Source: Hormiphora californensis (Eukaryota; Animalia; Ctenophora). Taken from it: 64,000 nucleotides of DNA. The first letter of the stretch is position 1; each line of letters starts with the position of its first letter. Position numbers and translations under genes: made by a program. Positions 13,701-25,192 of the stretch are shown here, piece by piece. The notes under the pieces are model-generated. The model saw only the letters and a list, made by a program, of their open reading frames with translations. It had not been told where the DNA came from and searched no databases. The stretch covers positions 3,596,001 to 3,660,000 of the forward strand of contig CM035361.1 in NCBI GenBank assembly GCA_020137815.1, written 5' to 3'.

Positions 13701-16700
13701 TGTAGATAATATCGTTTCAGCACGCACTATTATTGTAATTGTATCATGTTAATCTCTATTATAAGCTGATATCAGCACGATCTATACTCACACACCCATT
13801 TTTGCAGGGAGTGCAGCTCCAATAAAACTGATTTCTCTGTAAAGGGTGAAGTGTGTCCCTTCTACCAGTGCTATAACAAAGAGCAAAGAAAGCACGACAG
13901 CGCGTACACAAACAGCAGCAAAATATATACCATCCTAAAAAAGTGAGTTAACAACAGGAGTTGCAAATATGAGTAGGGATATGACATCATATTAGCGAGG
14001 AAGGGTGGGCTGATGGAATTGGGTGGGGTGGGTGTAAGGGTGGGGCGGAAGGAGCGAGTGGGGCGGATGGAAAGGGGGACGGAGATGGGGCGGGTGTAAG
14101 GGAGGGAATATGGAAGGATGGGGCGGCCAAAACGAAGGGGATGGAAGGTTGGGGTGGGTGGAAGGGTGGACAGATGGGGCGGGTGGGGTGGGCGGAAGGG
14201 AGGGGCGGGCGGAAGGGATGGGATGGAAGGGAGGGCGGGTATAAAAGTAAAAGTTCAAGACGCTCTGCGTGATTGTGGATGATGGATTGCAGTACCACTT
14301 AGCAGATGTTAAAAATCCAAATATTAGAAAGTTAAATAATTAGAGGAGGTTTTTTATTTAAAACTATATATTTCAGAGATGAGGAAGATGCTGGAAGTTG
14401 CTGTGGCGGAAGGTGGGAACTTGTCTGTCGAGACGAGAATTTTCAAGTTAATTACTCCAATTGCACTGAACTTCTTCCATGCACTTCCCCGACAAGCTTA
14501 GAGGTAATATCACTCACTTTAGTCACTTTAGGTTGTTCGAAGCTGTAGAAGATCAGATCCTCTGCTGCAACAGGGTCATCGCCTCGTGCGAACACCCTTC
14601 AGGTTTATCTCTCAGCCAGTCCAGCACTGAGTTGTTGTTCCTCCTACTGTAACCTTGAACAGGAGGTTCATCCGGGATTTCCTTGAAGTGCTTCGTAAGG
14701 GCCCGTTTGAAACTCTCGAACTTGTCAATGCGGCTGAGCTCTGCTGGGATACTGTTCCACAGCTTCGGTCCTATGACCGCAAAGGACTCGTCATAGAGTG
14801 TTTGGTTTGCACTCGATCCTGTCTTGGTCATTGGTGGTACGACTGCCTTGATCCCTGTCCGACCTTTGTCTTTAAACTGTATCTGGAGATCATTGCTGAC
14901 TTGTCTGTTGTGCAGCTTCCACATATGAATCACAATGTAACGCTCTCGTCTTCTTTGGAGAGACATCATGTTGAGCTTTGACAACCTGCTCCAATAGTCT
15001 AGCCCCTTCGTACCATCGATCCTCTTTGTGAAGCTTCTCTGGACCGCTTCTAGGGTTTGAATGTCCCCGATTTTTGAGGGGTGCCAGAGTGGGCATGCAT
15101 ACTCCAGAAGGCTTCGCACCAGGCTTTTGTAGAGGGTAAGCATCGGCTGGGTTTCTCTTGTCTCGAAGACGCTAAACACCCATGCTGCCTTTTTCCTCCC
15201 GCTTTCTGCAACTTTTCCAATGTGCTTCTTCCACTTCAGATCAGCTGTTATCACCACTCCTAGATCCCTCAGGTCCTCCTTTGCTTCGAGCACCCCTGCT
15301 GCCGTCTCATACGAAAACATCGCGTTTGAGAGAGGTAACTCCTGTATACCTTCTACGGCTGCTTTCTCCTCTTTGCTTCGCTTTATTCCACTATGTCTCA
15401 TCAGCTCGAATTTATCCTGGTGGAGGTTCATGTTGTTCTTCTCCGACCATGCTATCACTGCATTCAGGTCTCTTTGCAGTACTGTCACGTCTTCTTCTCC
15501 TCTGATACTCTTCAATAGGCGGGTATCATCAGCAAAACACCTTATTGAACTGCCTTTCACGACGGATGCTATGTCTGTGATGTATATTATGAAGAGAATG
15601 GGTCCTAGTACTGACCCCTGGATAACCCCGCTTCTCACTAGTGCCACTAGCGACTTGACACCATTTACCGCTACTCTCTGCCTCCTTCCACTCAGAAATA
15701 TGGCTTTTAGAATTAAATTTTATATTGATTCGGCCGTAAATATTTAGCCCTTCCCCTGATATATCGAAAACTTATTTAACCTGTCAAATATTTAATATTT
15801 ATCTTTATAGCTTGATATAGGAGAAAGGGTTGGTTCCTCAACTACAAGTTCTGCTATAGTTACCAGTTCGAGTCAACTTTACGCGAATAAAAAGGTTAGT
15901 TAATTAAATTAGTGATTCACTAATAGTTAATACATCGACCTAATTTGTACTAATTGTTCACTAGTTAAATTTACATAACTATATTTAATTGATGGATTTG
16001 AAATTAAATAAAAATTGTTTTCCAGGAGACGCTGAATTGTCCTACTAGCAGTGGGAATGTAACGGTGAAGTGTGACGGATGCACGGGACAGAAAATTGTT
16101 TTGAGTAATTCATGCGAACCCCAGGTACACACATAATGTAACAGTGGCATAAGTTTTGTCCTGAAGACTCAGTTTCGGTAGTATTGATTCATAACAAAAC
16201 AGTTATTATATGTAGTTTTGATTCATAACTATAGTTTCATAAGAAATTTCTATCTAGGTTTGCGTGGCAGAGGGTTCCACTAAAACCATTGAATCAGCAG
16301 CGTGGTATGGGGAGGACAAATTCAGTGACACCAAACTGATCATTAGCCTGACAGGTAGTACACAACTAAACTTTTACAGTTTTTAGTACAGTCGGACCCT
16401 CGGGGCAAAGGGTGTCCGCTAAATCGGGGTCAAATACTGTTAATTTTCTTTATCGGGAGAAGATTATCCTTCCGTTCGCGTTAAATCGGGGTCCGACAAT
16501 TTCCTGCCAAATGCACTGAAAATTTTCCGGAGGGATCATGAGCCCTAAAATTAGTAGCATTTGGGTGAACAGTTATTCAATCATGCAGGTGTGTTCAATT
16601 ACTCGCATGGCCAATCTGTGGCATGCCCCTATGGGGGGTCAATAAAAGTAACTTGCGTGGATGGGAACTTAGATTTGGATTATGGAAACTGTACCAAGGC

Positions 16701-19700
16701 GCCCAAGTGTCCTTCGATTGCTTCCTACACTCTTCCACCGCTAAAAGTAAGAATTAAATTACATGGTGTTAATATTTGATAAATAATAATGTTACATGTT
16801 ACGTATTGTAAATATAGATTAGTTAACAGTTACATTTGTTAATTAACGCATTTTACAATAACCCATTAATTTATTAAATCATACTATTATTAAAGCAAAT
16901 AGGGAAATGATGGGTGATGGTTTTTTTACCAAATATGGCACAAAATTCCTGGAAATGGCCTTTTGCGCGTGTTGTTCCTAGAGCTAGAGGGACCCTGGCA
17001 ACCTGCCAGCTTGAGCCTTAAACTGCACGTGCATCCTTGATTCATCTCTCTGCCGGTTGTGTGACTGATCGTTTGCTCGATTTGATCTGTTCACCCCCTG
17101 TTCACCACGTTTCGTGAACATGACTACTCAACTTCAACACAATCGCCAGCGAGTTTGGAGGAGCCATATGTCCCAAACTGGCGCTGATGCCTATAGACTA
17201 CGTGATAGAATCCTACAAAAGAGGTGATTATTATTCAAAAAATGTTGTCAACACACGTAATAACAAAGTATCAATGGCACTAATAAGAAATGGCAGTAAT
17301 ACGTGAAAGTATTTTGAAAATGTGCTCCTTCATAAAATACTTCAGGACACGTGGTTTTTCTGTCGAAAGAATCGCTGTGGTTAATTTACCTGATAAATTT
17401 ACTGATTTAAAAAATTTCAAATGATACTACACTATTTGCTTAGTTTACTGTATGACCATTGACCATCCCCGACATTCGCCCGTAGGGCGAGCGGGCTTAC
17501 TAGTATTACTAATATATGTGTTAATTACCATTAATTAAATATTACTAATATATGTGTGTAACCTTAGGGCGAGGTCTCGTTCAGTACAGTGTTTGCAGGG
17601 GAAACAGCTGCCGTGAAATGTCCTGTTAACCCCGGGAAGAGAATTACCAGGAAATGTAATAAATATGTGAGTAAAACCATCATCATCATCAATGTTTTCT
17701 AGTTCCAAATAGTCATTACCAATGGTAGGCGGACTCTAGTGCTAACGGACTCTATATCTAAACCCAAGGAGGACTCTATATCTAACCCTAACCTTTACAC
17801 TAACCCCTAAACTCGAACTCAAATAACAGCCCTAACACTTCTAAATGAGTATAGAGGCACAGCGAACTCTCGTTTCCGGCCTGACGGCCGAAATCTCGAC
17901 TTCGCTTTTCGTGATTTTAGCACTAGAGTCCGCTTACCATTACTACGGTATTACCGCAATGTACTGTTATGATATAGGACCGCTGGATTTGTAAGGTTAG
18001 CTAAGGGTAAAATATAAAGGAATTATGCAGTAGGTAATTACCAATTATTTACCATTAATTGCACATTAATTATTTATTTCTCTTCCAGGGTGAGTGGGAT
18101 GAGGAAGATGCGAGTTTGTGTGAGCAAGGTCCCTGCCCATCAGTCATCTTCATCAAAAACAATGTGACTTTTGAAAGCGGTGACACACAGCCAGGTACAC
18201 ACAACTTTCTCAATCGCTAATACAGTCGGACCCCGATTTAGGGACACCCTCGGGGGAAAGGCTCTTGTCCACTAAATCGGGGTGTCCACTAAATCGGGTT
18301 CAAATAATGTTAATTTTCGTATATCGGGGGGAAAAAATCTTGTCCCTAAATCGGGGTGCCACTAAATCGGGGGCCCCTAAATCGGGGTCCGACTGTATAT
18401 AGCTCTCTCTGAATTAACGTTTCTCTATTATTTCAAACTTTAATTGATTCCCATATCAGGTAAGGGGGTATTATACAAATAAAGTTTGTCCAATTCTCTT
18501 TTCAGGAGAGAAATCTAGTCCAGAATGTTCTGCGGGAGATTATGAGTTGATTGGAATGTGTGATCCTGCCTCTAACCAGGGAGGATGTGGAACTCAGCAG
18601 TGTAACAAGGAAACTGGAGTTTATGGGGAGGCTGATTTTAGCAGTTGTCAGTTTAATTGCACTTATCAAGGCATTCAAATCCTTCATTTGTCACACAGTG
18701 AGTGATAACTGTACAGATGTAATTAATTTAATATTAATTAACTTGTTGAATCAACTTACTCCCAAAGTACATTAATCTCTCGGGAAGTTATTTAATGCTA
18801 GAATTGTTAGTTAAAACCCGCCAAAACCCCCCAAATACTGTTAAACTTTTAAACATACCACCGTTCTGAAATACCAACTTCTACTTACCGCTAGTTTCTG
18901 TAAAGGGATGTATGAGAAGCAACGGTGTAATTGGACAGCAGTGGATCAGCTGTAAAAACAGTGTCACAGTTTCCAGTGGATGTGTTACAATGGAGTGTCC
19001 GGTAAGTGTTACCATGTAGTTACCATGCAGTTACCATTTAGTTACCATGGTTACCATGTAGTTACCATGGTTACAACAAAACCCACTTACTCCATCACCC
19101 ATGGTTACGCAAATGCTGCCTGAAATGAACTTTGCTTATTTCTAACGCGTTTTAATTTCAGTATAAAGGGGGATCAAAGTGCTTGGCGGACGTGTCTGAG
19201 CTGGGCAGCCTTAGTACTGAAGATCTGCTAAATGATGGAGATAGCTTTATAAATGGAGTTAATCTGGAGGATACGGAAGCAAAAACTAAAACTGGAGCAC
19301 TTGTCAGCGTCATTTTGTCCAAAAGTTCAACTACAACGGATGACAGTACTGCATCTGAAACCAGGTTATCAATTGTCGAAATAGTAACTAACTAAACAGT
19401 AAACTTTGAACAAGTCTATCCGCTAACTAATTCATAAACTATGATTATTCAAAAATATCAATTTTAATTATTATTTAATATTTAAAATACTGCAGTCAGA
19501 GTTCAAAGAAGAAGATTTCTAAGTTGGTTGACAAAGTTTCAATGAGACTGGCGGACAGTGAGGGATCTATAGAATCTGATGGAGTGGTGATGATTGGAAC
19601 TAAAAATACAACTTCATCCTTTCTAACAAACTCAGGTATTGCATTTTTATTTTATTAGTTTAATCAATACACCAACAATGCAATTCCTTCACGTGCTGCT

Positions 19701-22700
19701 ATAAAGTGTTGTTATTCGTGCTATACATGAATTATAAGACCCATGATTATTGAATCACATACTATTAATTTGTGATGTATACAGGTATTAGCGGGACTGG
19801 TTTTAATGGGAGTATTGGACTATCTGTATATTCAAGTGTGGACCTGTTTCAGGTAACATACAATTAATTGAACCTTAAATTAAAATTACATATTACTAGA
19901 ACACGTATACGTTTGGGGGGAAGTAATTTTGATATCTCCTTCTGGTGATTAACACATACACACACGCCCTCTGTACAACAGTTTAATGGGGAATCTCACA
20001 CATACACGGGCAGAACTCGGAGAGATTAATTAGTATTCTGAATAATGTTAAATTATTACTAGAACACGTATACGTTTTATAAAGTTTTTTAAAAGCACCT
20101 AAACTAACTCACTAATAATAATAATAATAATAATATAAGTTTTTGTATACCGCCCAGGCAAAACAGGGCCAGCAAACTGAATTTTGACTGACACTGCTCA
20201 GCGTCAGAGCGGTATCCCTAAATTATAACACCTTCCTTACTTATGACACACACTATTAAAATCTGGATTTAAACACACCATAGATAGACTTTTATTGATG
20301 AAAATACGGGCCTCATAAAAAACGAACCAACTTAGATAGGCATAAAAATGCTCTCACACTGAATAAGCTAAATTACAAAGTCAGCAGCTCTCATGCTACT
20401 CAAAGACAGCAGCTCTCAAAGCTATTAAAAAGTCAGCAGCTATTACTGCAAGCCCGGTAAATGTAATGAGGAATAACACTGTCTAAATAAACGTCTGCCT
20501 AAGGGGAACACTAAACCCAGACCAGAACAGAACCAGTGACAATTTATACCCACGTCATTGTCAATGATTCACGTTGATTAATTTCAGGCTAAGAACACAT
20601 CTGGTGAAATCCTGGGGAGTGGTAGTGTGAAAAGTGTGACAACGGAGTTTGATAGCAGTGACATTGTCATCAATATAACGTTTCCAAACATTGAAAATCT
20701 TCGAGGGAAATCACCCAAAACCGCAAATCTCAGGTATCAGTCAGGTATCAGGTATCAGCAAATCTGACGTATCAGCCAATCTCAGGTATCAGTAAGGTAT
20801 CAGCCAGTCTCAGGTATCAGCCTTTTGGTAATCTGCGGAATCAGTTATGATCTAGACCTGAAACCTAAGCCTTGACTGAAAACTGAGGCCACCCAGTACT
20901 TCTAATTTCTATATCTTAGCAGTATTTTTTAAACAAACTTCAAATAACACCTTGTCTGCTTCCTAGTGGATACAACTGCAAGTTTTATGATCCAGACACT
21001 GGAGACTGGTTAGATGAAGGATGCACTCTGATCTCTACTGACACATCGCTGGTTTGCCAGTGCACCCATCTTACAAGCTTTGCTGTGTTGGTTAGTATTT
21101 CTTGTAATTGTATTGATGGCTTTGTTGTGTTGGTACGTTGTGCGTAGATATTCGAATATCTCAAGGGGTTCCAATTTGTATTCATCATGTAGATTTTCTA
21201 CATAGCTACAAAGAAAGTTGGGCGTATTTTGTTTAACATATTATTACCTGATTGACGATTGTTACAAGATACACCATATATTGACAAATATTTGTTTCAG
21301 GTAAGTCTAACGGCAGTGGTTGACGACGAGTCTCAATCAATAGCCAGTGAGGTACTACTAATCGTCAGTTCCGTCTGCTTGCTTCTGTCCCTGGTCGCCA
21401 TTCTACCATTCAGGTACATATTTAGTATTTACATCAAGAACCGACCGAATCAGGAAATACTGGTCCCTGATTAGCTGTTAACCAGTCACGTGACCTTTTC
21501 CTAATTTTTTTTGGTGTGTTCTACCCCTTGCACGTTTCACCAACATCATGTCGAGTGTTCTATCAATTTTAAACTTCCGGACTATTTAAACTTTTGATTA
21601 TCACGGTCGCTTGTAGTGGGAAAACGGTAATGGAAAACGGAGATACAGTAAGACGACGCGCAACCGTGGCCAATCAGGGCGCTAGTACGTGCTGAACACA
21701 TGCACTTTTTGCCGCGCGTTATGGCAACGTGCGGTCCCATTACTGTATTTCCATTACGGTACTACGACTACAAGCAGCACTGAAACGCTTATAACGTATC
21801 TCACAACAGGCGCCTGAGATCTCGGGAGATAGTACGGATCCATGTTAACTTCATTATTTCCAATCTTATTGCTACGGGTTCATTTTTAGCGCTGGATAAC
21901 GCCACCGGAACTGGGTGTTTGGTGGCAACTTTCATCACACACACTGCCTGGTTGGTAAGTGGAAATATTTTACTGTATATTTTTAGTTAAACATGCAACG
22001 TTGTTTTAGCAACATATCTGAATCTTTGAATCTTCACTCATATTATATCAATTACTATTTGGTTTATTAAACATTTAGCCTCTATATTATAATACCCCTC
22101 CAGCTCTAATTTCCCCTACTTTCACCCTCCAGCTCTAATTTCCCCCATTTTCAGTCTGTTTTCGGGTGGATGATAGTGGAAGGAAGTACAATGTACAAAC
22201 AAACTGTGCTCGCTATCAAAAACTATGGAAAGAAAACTAAAAACTACGTTCTCAAATGTGCCATTGCTGTATATGGTAATATATTTTAAGAAATAACTCA
22301 AGTCTTATTTGAATGGCGCGTTCATGATAATAAGGTTTGATGACACAATGTATGCGGGGGAACAGTCTCAGCTGTTACGGCTATTTGCCACTGAGACCTG
22401 AGATCTCAGGGCTAAACAGATCTCAGGGATGTATACAACCTTGACCTGAACCTGAGGTTTAGTCAGTTTCCCCCTGTGTCTATAACGTAACCCTTCGTTT
22501 CAGGTTGTTCTCTCCTCCTCCCTACCCTTGGCTTAATCCTTCATTACTCCACCCCTGGATTTCTCTACACCAGCCCAAGCGATGATACCTGCTTCCTAGA
22601 TACCCCGGTGGCACTATCAACTCTGTTCTTAACCCCTCTTTATCTCACATTGAGTGGGGTTATCTATATCTTTATTAGGTACAGTATAATATCCCTTTAA

Positions 22701-23923
22701 TATCTCTCGATCTGTTCCCGCCGATCTCTCGATCTGTTCCCGCTGCTCAAATTGCTATTTAACATTTTTCAATACTAACTTTGGTTACAAAGTCACCCCT
22801 ATTAACATTTTTCAATATGTTTAACCAGGTCCTAAACTTTCCTTAAACCTCAGGGTCAGTAGTGTGGTACTAAAAACTGGGAAGTCTGGCGGCAAAGACC
22901 TTCAAATCCGACAGCGGCAATTCCGAGCTCTTGCATCAATAGCAACGGTCACAGGATTAGCGTGGGTGTTTGCTCCCTTTGTGCTGATTGGGAATACTGG
23001 AAATAAAACTGTAGCTTCCGTATTTCAGTGGATCTTCCTAATAATTCTTGGTCTTCAGGTATAACTTTTTATCCACTATTGGGGCTATCTTCCACTGAGA
23101 CCTGAGATCTCAGATTTCAGGGACGCGTCCCCAAAGTTTGCAAACTTGATTTTATGGGTATAATTGAGTCAGACAGTTTCACTGGGGAAAAACAGTCGTT
23201 CCTGAACCTCAGGTTTAGGCCACGGCTATTATAATTGTCCAGTGAGATATGACAATAGTGTAAAAACAACAATGTATTGCAGGGTGTAGTTGTGTTTATT
23301 GTCCAAGTGGTCCTCAATGATGAAGTCAGGAAATCCTGGACAACTGTTTATAGTGGATCGCAACTTGAACGATCACTTCGCTCATTTACCAACTCTATTC
23401 GTGTAAGTATTACTAGGTTGCAGGAACCGACCGAATCAGGAAATACTGGTCCCTGATTGGCTGATAACCAGTCACGTGACCTAAATAACGAGTTCTGATT
23501 GGTTGTTTACTTGTTTTGGTCGGTTCCTGCTAGGTCGTTACTATATCGAGTATTAAATACACTGCAGATAACTTTAATGCTCAATAATCAATAATCTGTT
23601 TCATGATGTCTCATGAGCCACTATAAACCCTTTATAAATTCCGACAGTTCAAGACGTCAGGGGCAGGGATTCTGTTTATTTATTGATTTAGTTCGATACG
23701 TCACTAAACCCTATATTGATTCCTACAGTTCAAGACGTCAGGGTACACCGGTGGAAATAAAAAGGATGAAGTTGGTTTCGTTGATAGATCCTCGGTTCAC
23801 AATGTTGACAATAACGAAATTGCCGAGTACCAGGATTCTGGTGAGGTTGCCACGACAACCAAAATTGATGACGTAAACAATGACGTCACGATTAGTGAAG
23901 AAAGAGATGTTGTTAGCATTTGA
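10736..23923 (+). CDS. Adhesion GPCR (class B2), ~33 coding exons; one apparent +1 frameshift near 13261
   Basis: Signal peptide MLIVLLSLWLAGVSS at 10736. HRM-like CP...ITRKCNKYGEWDEEDASLC (17568-18125). GPS exon 20967-21090 reads CKFYDPDTGDWLDEGC...CQCTHLTSFAVL. 7TM exons 21301-21413, 21810-21954, 22155-22275 (WMIVEG), 22504-22678, 22854-23058, 23283-23402 (LQG...NDEVRKSW). Last exon 23729-23923. Confidence 0.93.
14509..15700 (-). mobile_element. 5'-truncated CR1/L2-group LINE (RT C-terminal part), antisense in a GPCR intron
   Basis: ORF 14553-15647 has SGVIQGSVLGPILF, FADD, DLGV, LYKSLVRSLLEY and SLQRRR; the 3' end has a short tandem-repeat tail. Confidence 0.93.
16879..17503 (+). mobile_element. 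Non-autonomous Helitron
   Basis: A|TCATACTA start; subterminal hairpin TTCGCCCGTAGGGCGAGCGGGC; CTAG|T end. Same termini as 58178-58776. Confidence 0.85.
17723..17938. mobile_element. MITE with GGTAGGCGGACTCTAGTGCTA TIR (second copy ~35811-36025)
   Basis: Two near-identical dispersed copies with terminal inverted repeats. Confidence 0.8.
18223..18395. mobile_element. Tc1/mariner-type MITE, TA target (other copies ~8143-8251, ~16389-16497, ~24130-24285, 42608-42753, 45614-45715)
   Basis: TA|CAGTCGGACCCCGATTTA ... TAAATCGGGGTCCGACTG|TA, with internal TAAATCGGGG repeats. Confidence 0.85.
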
Positions 23924-25192
23924 AATGTATATAGAACTTCAACAACGAGATACCAAATTATTTGACTATTATAAGTTATGGTATGAAAGCTGATTTATTG
24001 TTTGTACAATTCTAATAAGAACATGTTTTTTGTTAATATTTAGCTAACTATTATTAGCTGTTTTTGATTTGAAGGTTATATTCTGGCAACAATTATATGA
24101 CGAGTTTTAGTTTGAGAAAAACGTAGTTCAATCGGACCCCGATTTAGTGAAATCCTCGGGGGAAAGGGTTTTGTCCACTAAATCGGGGTGTCCACTAAAT
24201 AGGGGTCAAATACTGTTAATTTCCTATATCGTGGGAAGATTATCCTGCCACTAAATTGGGGTGGCACTAAATCGCGGTCCGACTGTATCTACAATCTACT
24301 GGTGCAGCAGTTTACAAATCAGAATGTCTGCAGTATCTTGCATTTTCAACGACATTTTAATTCGGTTCCCTATTTTTGGGAATTAGCTCGCACTATTTTT
24401 CAGTCTGGCCCTATTGAGGCCTGACTGTACCTAATTGTTCATTTTTTTAAATCCGCTCGTACAAAGCTCACGTGTTTATTTAAGTTTAACTGATGTAATG
24501 TTTGGTGACATTGACACCTAGTGCGTGCGAGATCGAGGTCGCGCAGCGACCGAGATCGAGCTCAATCTTGGTCGAGCACGGTGTCTATGTCACCAAATGT
24601 AATGTTAGCTAATAAAAACACCAGTTAGTATAATTAGCTAACTACCGACCTCATGAGCTAACTACCTCATGTGGTTTGGTCTTGGGAGAAAGAGATAAAG
24701 CAGTTAAAAATAGAAGCAGAAACATGTTTAACAATTTCTCCCTGTTTTCTTTAAGTACCAGTACTTAAGTAATTAGATATCGTCTCTCACAGTGGTTCTC
24801 CGTCATATTGGCCGACCACATACAGCTCGAGTTGCCTAAAAATTTTAGCGGTCGTACTTGTAGACCTCGTCGTAGTTTAGCTGCTTATAAACACAAATTC
24901 AATTTAGGCCGGAAAGCTCAAATCATCTTTTGTCTAATACAGGTCATAGAGATCCTAAGCCCGTTTTGTTTGGAGCTCCTGACAGCAATTGTGGTTAAAG
25001 ACATTGGTCAAGACAAGACAAAGCGCGGGTATATGATCTTTAGTTGCTATATTGTCTTTTGAGGCATGGTCATTGCTCAGTATTGGGCATCTATTGTACC
25101 CATTCGTTGCTTTGAGAACCTCATAAAATCCTCCGTATCATTTGTAAAACCTTCTATATAGTGCAGTTTGTGTGTACAGCGTGCGTGTTAAC

